Part shown: positions 52,561 to 64,000 of the stretch, piece by piece | How the letters are laid out: the number at the start of each line of letters is the position of its first letter | How positions within the stretch are numbered: the stretch's first letter is position 1 | Program-made: the position numbers and the translations under genes | Source: Squalus acanthias | Lineage: Eukaryota | Direction: 5' to 3' | Length of the DNA stretch: 64,000 nt | Assembly: GCA_030390025.1 (NCBI GenBank) | Contig: CM059432.1 | Location: 13,516,001 to 13,580,000, forward strand | Notes under the pieces: generated by a model | Told to the model about the DNA's origin: nothing | The model's input: only the letters and a program-made list of their open reading frames with translations | Databases searched by the model: none

Positions 52561-53022
52561 CTGATACCCTATAAATGCCTTCACTCTTCATGCCATAAGT
52601 CTCAATGTAGTCAATGCACTCTCGAAAAACTGCTGGCAGCTGGATCCCATCATACAGCATAGTCCTCTCAGCAGCCTCGGCCAATGGAACACCAAAGATT
52701 GGCCTGAGGGAAGAAGGAGTATCCACCGGAACTGCTTCCTGCTCTGGTGCAGGCTTCTTCTTTTTCTTTTTCTCTTTCCACTGCTTAACAACATCTGCTG
52801 CGGTTATATCTTTGGACTTTTTCTCCTTATGTTTTTCCTCTTTATGTTTTTCCTCTTTGTGCTTTTCTTCCTTTGGCTTCTCTTTGACCTTAAAGTCTTT
52901 TTCTTTCTTCTTGGAGAAACTAGGCTTTTTGAAGACATGGATACCCTTTGGCCTTTTCATCTTTGATGGGCTCTCCGCTTCATCACCTGAGCTGTCCTCT
53001 TGGAAAGCCGCATACCCCTCGG
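52561..53022 (-). CDS. RALBP1: RALBP1 exon 3 (Lys-rich region and start of RhoGAP domain)
   Basis: Polypyrimidine + cag| acceptor; (T)EGYAAFQEDSSGDEAESPSKMKRPKGIHVFKKPSFSKKKEKDFK...IFGVPL...GIYRVS(G); donor G|GTACAG; 462 nt keeps phase. Confidence 0.96.
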
Positions 53023-54289
53023 CTGCAAGAAAAAGAAGAAAAATAAGCTTTGCGTTGTTTCTTCTGCCCCCTCCCCAACCAATTTATTCTGCTTCTCTCC
53101 AGAAGACACTGCAAGATAGTTGAGTTCCCTAGCACCAGAAGCCTATCTGTACCATACTCATCTCCATGCAAGAGCCTAAAGGTGAGCATCAGCTGGCTAT
53201 TTGGACAATGGAGGGCAACAGAACCAAGACCACACCCACCATCCATATATACAGCAGGGAGTCACTAGAGAGCAATCAGAAGGGAGAACCCTGGATGATC
53301 TTTTCCCCTCCCTAGCCCAGTGGCCAACTGCATTGCCTCCACTACTGCTCCACGGAGGCCAGCTAACAGCATACAAGGAATCAAACTTGGGTCCTTTCCA
53401 CTCTGCTTGACTAAGTATCACACCACACAATACATCTAACTCATCAGTGGAGCACCAAATTGTGAAATGTGCAGCATGGAAAATGTTAAGCTTGCAGATT
53501 TTCTCTAGCTTTAATTTAAATGCAATTTCAAAGAATCATAACTACCTCACAGGGTGCGTGGCCGTAATTCCACACACTGAATTCCAGATCTCTACAGCAT
53601 AACAAGTTAAAGAATAGTTTCACTCTCACTGAGTAGTGTACATAAGCCCTACTTCCATCAATAGGAAGCTAGTTTTTTCAACCTCCAATACAAAAGTAAG
53701 GAACCTCCCAAACCCACGACCTCTACCACCTAGAAGGGCAAGGGCAGCAGGCGCATGGGAACACCACCACCTCCAAGTTCCCCTCCAAGTCACACACCAT
53801 CCTGACTTGGAGGTATATTGTCGTTCCTTCATCATCGCTGGGTCAAATACCTGGAACTCCCTCCCTAACAGCACTGTAGGAGTACCTTCACCACACGGAC
53901 TGCAGCGGTTCAACAAAACGGCTCACCACCACCTTCTCAAGGGCAATTAGGGATGGGCAATAAATGCTGGCCTTGCCAGTGATGCCCACATCCCATGAAC
54001 AAATTAAAAAAAAGACACAGGGATTAGTGAGAGAAATAAAAGCAAAAAAAAACAAAAATAAAGACAGACTTGCATTTATATAGCGCCTTTCACGACCACC
54101 AGACGTCTCAAAGCGCTTTACAGCCAATGAAGTACTTTTGAATTGGAGTCACTGTTGCAATGTGGGAAACTTCAATAAAGTAAAAAGGGAATAAAACAAG
54201 TATTTGATATGCAGATAGCGACTCACATTTTTGTGCTCATCTAGATGAGGAATGTTAATGCTGAGGAATGGAATGCTTTCCATTTCAGG

Positions 54290-54590
54290 CACCCAGTCAG
54301 CATCAAACACTCCTAGGTCAGGTATTGCACAACCAGAGGCAGAGTAAAACTCCCTCCATCATGCCTGAGCCCTAATCACAAAAGAGCACCCCCTACGGTA
54401 CCAGTGCAAATTATTTTCTATTCCTACACCAGCCTCTCAGACTGAGATTTCCAACTAGTACTGAATTAGGGACAGTTTTGTGTTCTCAGCACATGCCCTA
54501 TAGGAACTGGATTGAGACTGACCAAACTCATTTCACACAGAGCCTCTACACAAGCAACAAACAGAGACTTTCCTCTCATCATTCAGAGCA
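54290..54590 (-). mobile_element. LF-SINE-like ancient SINE (second copy ~43780-44100, +)
   Basis: Minus strand reads gtgaaatgagtttggtcagtctcaatccagttccta...ttggaaatctcagtctgagaggc, resembling the LF-SINE consensus as I recall it. Confidence 0.5.
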
Positions 54591-54673
54591 GATGTGCTTT
54601 CACCTGCAGAGATTTTCCACACATTGTACAGTTAACATGCCATAATCCTGAAAAACCATGAACTATTACTTAC

Positions 54674-54917
54674 TTCTCTTTTCTTTCTTTTTAAATTTGC
54701 CTTTTTTCTTTGCATGTTCCTTTTCATCGTCGGACACTATGTCAACAGGCTCATGGAGGCCTTCGTGAGGTGGCGAAGGCTCGCCAGTACGATACAGTCC
54801 TGGGAATTTTGTAGGACTAATCTCCTCTGAGCTTGGTGTACGAGTCAGGCCACTGCCATGCTCAGCCCTGCGGTGTTCACTGGGACTGCTCGTTGGTGGC
54901 AGGAAGCATTCAGTCAT
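54674..54917 (-). CDS. RALBP1: RALBP1 first coding exon (exon 2; acceptor ttag| gives exon start 54962)
   Basis: Translates MTECFLPPTSSPSEHRRAEHGSGLTRTPSSEEISPTKFPGLYRTGEPSPP...KKKEKR, the RALBP1 N-terminus; donor A|GTAAGT at 54673; 244 coding nt (phase 1). Confidence 0.96.
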
Positions 54918-55159
54918 TGTTGCTCCTGGGAATTTTTCTCTTTCATTACCTGCCCATAACACCTAATATTGAAAGAATGGGATTAATAAAACTAAATAAA
55001 ATCCTTCTATAACATACAAGTAAATTTACAACTGGACAGTCTGTGCTGTAACAAGAACCTTTATATTTGGCCTAGGTGCTGGTTACGGAAATTATACTAA
55101 AAAATTCACCAAACCTTTTAGCCCCTCCCCTCCTGCAGGCAGCAAGTAACGACAAAGAA

Positions 55160-55612
55160 AAAAGACTTACATTTATATAGCGCCTTTCACGACCACTGGA
55201 CATCTCAAAGCGCTTTACAACCAATGAAGTACTTTTGGAGTGTAGTCACTGTTGTAATGTGGGAAACGCTTTACAGCCAATTTGCGCACAGCAAGCTCCC
55301 ACAAGCAGCAATGTGATAATGACCAGATAAACTATTTTTGTTATGTTGATTGAGGGATAAATATTGGCCAGGACACCGGGGAGAACTCCCCTACTCTTCG
55401 AAATAATGCCGTGGGATCTTTTACGTCCACCTGAGAGAGCAGACGAGGTCTTGGTTTAACATCTCATCCGAAAGACGGCACCTCTGACAGTGCAGCACTC
55501 CCTCAGTACTACAGTGTCAGCCTAGATTTATGTGAAGTCCCTGGAGAGGGACTTGAACCCACAACCTTCTGACTCAGAGGCGAGGGTGTTAAAAACTGAG
55601 CCACAGCTGACA
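55160..55612 (-). mobile_element. Deu-domain SINE, full length (further partial copies ~17513-17730, ~27605-27705, ~54060-54170, ~60335-60681, ~61830-61995, ~62600-62840)
   Basis: Reverse-complement match to the 51105-51555 element along its whole length. Confidence 0.8.
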
Positions 55613-58600
55613 CTTGACATAGGATAAAGTTCCGCAATCTAGTTGAATTCACACCAATTGGCCGTTCTTTACAAGCCAGGCTCGATGGCAAGCATTAGAC
55701 TAGTTGACAGTCTAGGCAATCAGGATCCTGTCCTCAGATTTTCCATTCCAGCAAGGTTCTCTAATAGTGGCTGAAGAGGGTTTAACCTTCTATTTAAAAA
55801 TGACAAATACATAGGAAACATCTAGCTTTCCAAATATGAAAGGACATGGTTTATATCCTTTTCGTGACTGTCAGCGCTGATGTTTCCCAACAAAGAGGAA
55901 ATTTATTTGAAGCATTGGGCAAGGCAGTCCACTGCACCCACCATCAAGCTAAAGAGGGCCAATGACAGCAGACACAGGAACAGATCACATCCCTACTGTC
56001 GCACACAGCACTGGCTTATGTTATGACATTGCTAATGAGAGGCTTAAAATTTTTTTTATTTTTTTTTTTTTAAAGCATTTCCACAATATCAGTTTTATTA
56101 AACTAAAGTCCTCAATAAACCACCTGAACAGTTAAAGACTGTAGAAAATATATGGAACCACAAAACATTACAGTATGTTAAGTGACCACTTTTTATACAT
56201 CAGCTTAAGAGTCTAGGCCTTAGAGTGAAAGTCAACAGACCATGGAGACCATCACAGCGGAGCACAATCCTGTTCTCCGTAGATGTCCACACAAATTTTT
56301 CAACAGATTTCACTTAATGATTAGAATGGGAACTCTGGTCCATTTACTCCGTCCCTGGCAAAGCAGCAATGAGACTAAGCGCAGCACCCAAACTGCTGCC
56401 CTGCTGAGATCAGCTAACTCAGCAGAGAATCAAACTTGCAGGTTTATATCGCTTATATATTAAACAGTGCTTTTACCCAAACCATCAGGGAGATTCATGT
56501 TTTTATGACAGAATTTAATTCTGTGTATTTACTAAGTGAACACATGATCACCTAATTTAATACAAAAAGAAAATACTGCAGATGCTGGAAATCTGAAATA
56601 AAAACAGAAAATGCTGGAGATACTCAGGTCAGGCAGCATCTGTGAAGAGAGAAACAGAGTTAACGTTTCAGGTCGATGACCTTTCGTCAGAACCTAATTT
56701 AACTTCAACCTCCCCGAAAACCCCAGAACTCATTCAGGTCTGCAATGAGGATCTGTGCTAGCCACAGGTTAATTTCTATTACAGTGTATCAGTAATTAAG
56801 TCAAATCTTGGAAACTGTTCATGTAATAACACTGAGGAATGTAATTTGCTTGAACTCCAAATTTTAAAATTTGAGCTGTCCGTTGGTCGTGAAAGGTGCT
56901 ATATAAATGCAAGTCTTTCTTTCTTTTTACGAAGGGTGGAAATATACTAGTAGTACAGAGCTCTGGTTTAGACCGCATCTGGAGCACTACATTCAGTTCT
57001 GGGCACCGCATCTCAGGAAGGATATATTGGCCTTGGGAGGGGGTGCAGCACATATTCACCAGAATGATACTGGGGTAAAAGGGTTAAATTATGAGGAAAG
57101 GTTGCACGGACTAGGCTTGTATTCTCTCGAGTATAGAAGATTAAGGGGTGATATAATTGAGGTGTTTAAGATGATTAAAGGATTTGATAGGATAGATACA
57201 GAGAAACTATTTCCGCTGGTAGGGAGTCCAGAACAAGGTGGCATAACCTAGACTGTTCAGAGTGATGTCAGGAACCACTTCTTCACACAAAGAATAGTGG
57301 AAATCTGGAACTCTCTCCCTCAAAAAGCTGTCACAGTTATATCCTTCTAATCCTTTCTCCCCGTGTGTTTATCTAGCTTCCCTTTAAATGCATCTATGTT
57401 AGTCACCTCAACTACTCCTTGTGGTAGCAAGTTCCACATTCTAACCACACTCTGGGTAAAGAAGTTTTCCCCTGAATTCCCTATTGGATTTATTAGTGAC
57501 TATCTTATATTTATAGCCCCTAGTTCTGATCTCCCCCACAAGTGGAAACATCTTCTCTACATCTACCCCATCAAACCCTTTCATAATCTTAAAGACCTCA
57601 ATCAGGTCACCCCTCAGTTTTCTCTTTTCTAGAGAAAAGAGCCCCAGCCTGTTCATTCCCTCAGCACAGCACATATTCACCAGGTTCAGTCAGTCGAGAT
57701 TATATGCTCCAATTTTATGCTTAAATCACTAGAGTGGGAGTTGAACCCACAACCTTCTGACTCAGATGCGAAAGTGCTACCCACTGAGCCAAGGTTGATA
57801 CACTTTCTGCATATATCATGCAGAATAATCCACTTTAAAGTGCATTCCAGAGTTTGAGGGCAATTATCCTTCAAAAATATTGAAAATATATCCAGTATAT
57901 ACTATTCCCCAGTAAAGTAAATTTAAGATAACTAGCTGTTTACAACCTGGGAAAGAGGGATTATGATAGGAATCTAAATGGCAAAGCTTGAGAGATCATT
58001 TTATAGATTAGTTCTGTCGGTTAAATCTTTTACACACTGCTGGAGCGGATCAGCACCAGGACACAACATCCTGGAAAACAAAATCATGTAAAGGGGGTGA
58101 TCTCCCTTTAAGATGTTTGTGAGATAACATTAGATCAAAAGGACCCCTCAGATAATTGACCTCTCTCCCACAAAGTACAAAATGGCATGCTTTGCCCTAA
58201 CGCACCAGTTCATTTTCCCTATCCTGCAATAACGTTTACCTCCCTTCCACTGTCAATTTCAAAGACGAATATGGAACAAGTTATCGTTCTGTATTTACAG
58301 AAACAGTTGTCATGTAGTTTAAAGGTTAACACGAGTCAAAGTTTACTGGGGTCTTTTTGTTGGAAAGTTCTGGCATTGCTTCAGGCTAATTGGTTCCCAT
58401 CAGACAGTACACTTTAGGACACCCCTTCCGAGGCTTCAAACAATTCCCTTAGATAGTCTTGCTTTGAAGGCAAGTCTCAAGTGATTGGGCAGGTGCATCC
58501 TTACCTGTGCACAACAGACCCACCAACTCGACACGTGCCTCCTTCAGTCCACGCCTATTGATTCTATAGGGGCCCTCAAAGCATTTACCCAGAGAAAGTG

Positions 58601-59279
58601 CAGACTTACTGGCTCCTCTACCTGAACACCAGAGTGTCTTTTGAGAGACACTGGATATCCTTATATCATCTATCTGGGCTCATTCAACTTGCCTAGCCAA
58701 ATCCAGTTCTGAAATGCAAACGCCTACTCAGTCTTTTCTGCTGCTTCCATCTGCAAAAATAGGCCCACATCTCACCTCTCCTCCGGTAGACAACCAGAAT
58801 TGAGTCTTCACCATGATGAAGAGGATGTTATGGAAAACAAGACATCAACTTCATCTGACCAGATTCCACAGTCGTCATCAATACATTCAATTCAAAGACA
58901 GCCCAAGGTCTGGGCATGTCAGCTGTGAAGGTTCCTGAACCAGGGATTGATCTGTTACTCAAGATCCCCCACAAGACAGCACACGCCATTTGTGCAGTTC
59001 ATCCTGCCCTCTTTCCCAAATGACCATAATACAGGGAAACGGGAGGACGTATGCAAGGAGAACCCAGAAATGACCAACGCGGACAAAACCTATTAGGCCC
59101 ACTGTGCCAATGCCACCTTGCTTCGCATCATCAACCACTTTCATGTGCCAGGCATTGAGCCACGAAAGCAAACAGTCCGTGTCAGGTTTGGAGCCTCTTC
59201 CTTTCGACAAAGTCCAAACAGATGGATTTATGCACGAGGTGGACAGTTGTGCAGAGTGCAACTCAGTTCATCACAGACA

Positions 59280-59348
59280 GACGGGGGGGGGGCGGGGAGG
59301 AGACGGGGGGGCGGGGAGGAGACGGGGGGGCGGGGAGGAGACGGGGGG
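59280..59348 (+). repeat. G-rich ~19-bp tandem repeat running into the assembly gap
   Basis: Units like gacgggggggcggggagga repeated three to four times; poly-G on the far side of the gap. Confidence 0.85.
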
Positions 59349-59848
59349 NNNNNNNNNNNNNNNNNNNNNNNNNNNNNNNNNNNNNNNNNNNNNNNNNNNN
59401 NNNNNNNNNNNNNNNNNNNNNNNNNNNNNNNNNNNNNNNNNNNNNNNNNNNNNNNNNNNNNNNNNNNNNNNNNNNNNNNNNNNNNNNNNNNNNNNNNNNN
59501 NNNNNNNNNNNNNNNNNNNNNNNNNNNNNNNNNNNNNNNNNNNNNNNNNNNNNNNNNNNNNNNNNNNNNNNNNNNNNNNNNNNNNNNNNNNNNNNNNNNN
59601 NNNNNNNNNNNNNNNNNNNNNNNNNNNNNNNNNNNNNNNNNNNNNNNNNNNNNNNNNNNNNNNNNNNNNNNNNNNNNNNNNNNNNNNNNNNNNNNNNNNN
59701 NNNNNNNNNNNNNNNNNNNNNNNNNNNNNNNNNNNNNNNNNNNNNNNNNNNNNNNNNNNNNNNNNNNNNNNNNNNNNNNNNNNNNNNNNNNNNNNNNNNN
59801 NNNNNNNNNNNNNNNNNNNNNNNNNNNNNNNNNNNNNNNNNNNNNNNN
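59349..59848. other. Assembly gap (500 N)
   Basis: Run of N. Confidence 1.
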
Positions 59849-59859
59849 GGGGGGGGGGG

Positions 59860-60335
59860 GGGGTTGGCCGTCACCTCAGCCTATTGTGCGGCGGGTGCAA
59901 GGCCTCCCTCACCGCCCCCACACCCGGGCCGGGCCGAACGCGGTGTCGGTATCTGTTACTTTTCGAATCCAATCAGGTTGCGCGATGTCTGAGAGCGCGG
60001 CCTGTGTAACCGCCGCCGCCTCACCTCCGACTCCCAGGTACCGTTGCGTATGAGTTTTTTTTTTAATTGTCCACCTCCCCCAAACATTAAAGCCGCCATC
60101 TTACCTTCTTTATAGCGACTCCGGTTTGGGAGCCGCGGCGGCCTCTTCCCACATACCGAGCCCACCGGACGCCCTGTCACCGGCGCTGCTGCTGTCGTCG
60201 GCGGCGGCCCGCGGCCTGGTCCGGGGAGGTGGGGGAGGGGCTTCGCTCGTTCCTCACTGCGCAAGTCGCGGAAACCCGCTCACGTGACCCGTCGCCAAGG
60301 ACCGTGACGTCACGACGCACCCCCTTCACGTCAGC
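59860..60335 (-). promoter_or_regulatory. RALBP1: CpG island: RALBP1 promoter and candidate non-coding exon 1
   Basis: CpG-dense; YY1-type AAGATGGCGGC (60092-60102, minus), CACGTGAC E-box near 60281, GTGACGTCAC CRE palindrome at 60304-60313; minus-strand donor-like sites at 60104 (AAG|GTAAGA), 60024 (GAG|GTGAGG) and 59874 (GAG|GTGACG). Confidence 0.75.
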
Positions 60336-60681
60336 CAGTGGCTTGACGGGCAGCGCTCTCCCCCATGAGTCATGAAGGTTGTGGGTTCCAGCCCCAGTCC
60401 ATGGACTTCTCGAGTAGAGGCTGATACTCCCAGTGCAGCGCTGAGGGAGTGCTGCACTGTCAGAGGGACCGTCTTTCGGATGAAACGTTAAACCGAGGTT
60501 CCATCTGCTCTCTCAGGTGGACGTAAAAGATACCACGGCACTCTTTCGAAGAAGAGCAGGGGGAGTTATCCACGGTGTCCTGGCCAATATTCATTCCTCA
60601 ACCAAGATCACAAAACTGGATTATCTGGTCATTATCACATTGCTGCTTGTGGGAGCTTGCTGTGCGCAAATTGGCTGCCTC

Positions 60682-61210
60682 TAAGGAAGGATAGATATAC
60701 TTGCCTTGGAGGCGGTGCAACGAAGGTTCACTAGATTGATTCCTGGGATGAGAGGCCTGTCCTATGATGAGAGATTGTGTAGAATGGGCCTATACTCTCT
60801 GGAGTTTAGAAGAATGAGAGGTGATCTCATTGAAACATGCAAGATTCTAAAGGGGATTGACAGGGTAGATGCTGAGAGGTTGTTTCCCCTGGCTGGAGTG
60901 TCTAGAACTAGGGGGCATAGTCTCAGGATAAAGGGTAGGCCATTTAAGACTGAGATGAGGAAGAATTACTTCGCTCAAAGGGTTGTGAATCATTGGAATT
61001 CTCTGCCCCAGAGGGCTGTGAATGCTGAGTCTTTGAGTATATTCAAGGCTGAGATAGTCATATTTTTGGAGTCTAAGGGAATTAAGGGATATGGAGATCA
61101 GGCGGGAAAATGGAGTTGAGGTCGATGATCAGCCATGATCTTATTGAATGGCGGGGCAGGCTCGAGGGATCGTATGGCCTACTCCTGCTCTTACTTCTTA
61201 TGCTCTTATA
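60682..61210 (+). mobile_element. CR1 3' fragment inserted in a Deu-type SINE upstream of the RALBP1 promoter
   Basis: EAVQRRFTRLIPG...WNSLPQRAV; 3' tail ttcttatgctctta; the SINE resumes afterwards (ttacaacagtgactacac). Confidence 0.85.
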
Positions 61211-62001
61211 TTACAACAGTGACTACACTTGAAAAAGTACTTCATTGGCTGTAAAGCGCTTTGGGACGTCCGGTGGTCGTGAAAGGCGTTATAGAAATGC
61301 AAATCTTTCTTTCTATATACACACCATACACAATCGTAACAACAGCAGCTACTTAAGAATCCTTAAAACCTACCTCTTTGCCCAAGCTTTTGGTCACTGG
61401 TCCTAATATCTCCTTATAAAAAGAAAAGAAAGTGTGGCATCAAAGAGCCCTAGCAAAACTGAAGTCAATAGGGATCAAGGGAAAAGCTCTCCAGTGGCTG
61501 GAGTAATACTTGTCACAAAGGAAGATGGCTGTGATCGTTGGAGGCCAATCATCTCAGCCACAGGACATCACTGCAGGAGTTCCTCAGGGCAGCCGCCTAG
61601 ACCCAACTATCTTCAGCTGCTCCATCAATGACCTCCCTTCATCATAATGTCAGAAGTTGTGCTGTTCGCTGATGATTGCACAGTTTTCAGTTCCATTTGC
61701 AATTCCTCAGATAATAAAGCAGTCCATGCCTGCATGCAGCATGACCTGGACAAAATCTAGGCTTGGGCTGATAAGTGGCAAGAAACATTTGCGTCACACA
61801 AGTACCAGGCCATGACCATCTCCAACAAAAGAAAGACTTGCATTTCTATAGTGCTTTTCACGACCGCCTCACGTCCCATTACAGCCAATGAAGTACTTTT
61901 TGAAGTGTCATCACTGTTGTAATGTAGCAAAATGTGCTATTCAATTTGTTCACAGCATGATCCCACAAAAGCAATGAGATAAATGACCAGATTATTATTA
62001 A

Positions 62002-62061
62002 GCCCGTGATGTAACATGAACGCCCGTGACGTAACGCGAACGCCCGTGACGTCATGACGCA
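62002..62061 (+). repeat. Three 20-bp tandem units each carrying a CRE/ATF-like site
   Basis: gcccgtgatgtaacatgaac / gcccgtgacgtaacgcgaac / gcccgtgacgtcatgacgca. Confidence 0.75.
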
Positions 62062-62228
62062 CCCCCTATATACACACACACCACACACAATCTTAACAAC
62101 AGCAGCTACTTAAGAATCCTAAAAACCTACCTCTTTGACCAAGCTTTTGGTCACTTGTCCTAATATCTCCTTATGTGGCTCAGAGTCAAAGTTTTTCCGA
62201 TTAACACCCCTGTGAAGCGCTTTCCGAC

Positions 62229-62396
62229 CAATGTTCCCACTAATTTTTTTGGGTGTGCGGCCCCCTTTAACGGGCAGCGCAGCCCATTCAAATTATCGTG
62301 CATGCGTGCGTGGTTTTTTTTCCATTTAAAAGCCGGCGAGCAGCCTGGGCGAGATTCCAGGCAGCCTCGCGGTCGTGCAGCTTAACGGGAACAATG
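62229..62396. mobile_element. hAT-like MITE (copy 2), inserted in an L2-type tail
   Basis: CAATGTTCCC...GGGAACAATG ends; host tail gtgaagcgc...atgttaaaggcgctatataaatgc is interrupted. Confidence 0.6.
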
Positions 62397-63644
62397 CGTG
62401 GAACATTTTATTATGTTAAAGGCGCTATATAAATGCAAGTTGTTGTTCTATGAGACAAACAATTCTGACGAACAGTCCTATTTGAAATGTTGGCCTGTCT
62501 TTCTCGTTCAGATGCCGACCTGCCTGATTTCCAACATTGTCTGTTTTTATTCGGAAGGAAGGAACTTGTATTTTATATTGTGTCTTTCACTTCATCAGGA
62601 AGTCCCAAAGTGCTTCAAAGCCAATGAATTGCTTTTTTGAAGTGTAGTCACTGATATAATGTAGCAAAATGTGCCATTCAATTTGCTCACAGCATGATAC
62701 TACAAAAGCAATGAGATAAATGACCAGATAATATGTTTTTAGTGATGCTGGGTGAGGGATATATGTTGGCCAGGACACCGGGAGAACTCCTATCCTCTTC
62801 GAATAGTGCCATGGAATCTCTCATGTATATCTGAGAAGGCGGACGGTGACACTGAGTCGGGGCGAGGATGGGGAAACTTCTGGTGACCAGGACATGGAAG
62901 GCACAGAACTAGTTATCATGTCACTGGATGAGCGAAGAAAGGCAATTGCAATGATGCAAAACTTCACACAGTCATTACCTGGAACTGGGGATTTTTTTGG
63001 ACTAGTTAACAAGATAATAAACAGCGTATATTGAGAAAAGCACAAATAATATGAAGTAATCTGAGCTGTTGGTATTTTTAACAGAATAAAATTATGGTCA
63101 ATTCAAATTGGCCATTTCTTCATTTTTCTGATGCAGCAAATCGCCAAACCCTACTGTAGTGAACAGCCTGACATAACAATCTTTTCTGCCAGTCCCGAAG
63201 GGGTTCGTTATAGTGAAGATCAACTGTAGTATGCGATCAAAAAAGGCACATGATGCAGCGTATCAAATGTAAAAAAATGCACGTGGATTAGTCACAGTAA
63301 CGGCAACTTGCAGTTATGTAGCCCTTTAACATAGAAATATATCATAAGGAGAGTAGTGACAATGGGGGGGATGTATGGAGTTTGTTGCCCCATGGGTTTG
63401 TGTTGGAACCCTTCCTGCTCCTGGTATATATAAATGATCTGGAATCGCACTGTCAGGGGACATCAAGGCTGAGTCTGATTCTGTCCTCACCCCACACACA
63501 CAGCAGGATGGCGATCAGGAGCTAGAACCCTGGCTAATTGCCCTCCCTATCTCAAGGGCACTCAGGTTAATTGTAGCTGTTTTATTGCTATCCCAGTTGA
63601 AATGAGGTACCTCAGCACGCACCAGGGAATCAAACCTAGGACCT

Positions 63645-64000
63645 TTCAAGCAAGCAATTAGGAAAGCAAGCAATTAGGAAAGCAAATGGTATGTTGGCCT
63701 TTATTACAAGAGGATTTGAGTATAAGAGTAAAGATGTCTTACTACAATTAAAAAGGGCCCTGGTGAGACCACACCTGGAGTATTGTGTACAGTCTTGGTC
63801 TCCTTACCTAAGGAAGGATATATTTGCCATAGAGGGAATGCAATGAAGGTTCACCAGACTGCTTCCTGGGATGAGGGGATTGTCCCATGAGGAGAGATTG
63901 ATTAGACTAGGCCTATATTCTCTAGAGTTTAGAAGAATGAGAGGTGATCTCATTGAAACATACAAAATTCTTACAGGGCTTGACAGGGTAGACGCAGCGA
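63645..64000 (+). mobile_element. CR1 ORF2 3' fragment running off the window
   Basis: aagcaaatggtatgttggcc...gagaccacacctggagtattg...agaagaatgagaggtgatctcattgaaac, same as other CR1 copies. Confidence 0.85.

Noticed and set aside
52614..53123. 169-aa + strand ORF
   Set aside because: Antisense shadow of RALBP1 exon 3 with low-complexity F/S content.
59104..60053. Long ORFs of 200-311 aa across 59.1-60.0 kb
   Set aside because: Artefacts of translating through the 500-N gap.
62002..62061. CRISPR-like array
   Set aside because: Eukaryotic context, contiguous tandem units without unique spacers, no cas genes.
62846..63034. 62-aa ORF as an exon of a divergent neighbouring gene
   Set aside because: No recognisable homology, starts at a SINE edge, and has no convincing splice pair.

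Overview
Vertebrate genomic DNA, most likely from a cartilaginous fish (inferred from the CR1/L2 LINE, Deu-domain SINE and Penelope-type repeat content). The window holds an essentially complete RALBP1 (RLIP76, RhoGAP/Ral effector) gene on the minus strand. It has nine coding exons from 54917 down to 9797 with canonical GT-AG junctions, plus a candidate non-coding exon 1 and CpG-island promoter near 59.9-60.3 kb next to a 500-N gap. As assembled, exon 8 carries a 1-nt deletion frameshift in an A-run, probably an assembly error. The introns are packed with transposons: one fully intact two-ORF CR1 LINE (45411-49865), a four-level nest (Penelope-type palindrome > Harbinger > CR1 > two CR1s), a LINE with a tRNA-like 5' head, hammerhead-bearing Penelope-type palindromes, hAT-like MITEs and SINEs. 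Intron 5 also contains an H2A.X-like pseudogene ending in SLEF. I see no new multi-gene system. The best leads are the chained uORFs at the RALBP1 start, the apparent intron in the intact LINE 5'UTR, the tRNA-headed LINE, the ribozyme palindromes and the H2A.X-F-like pseudogene. Family names come from recalled motifs, not database searches; most repeat boundaries are approximate.
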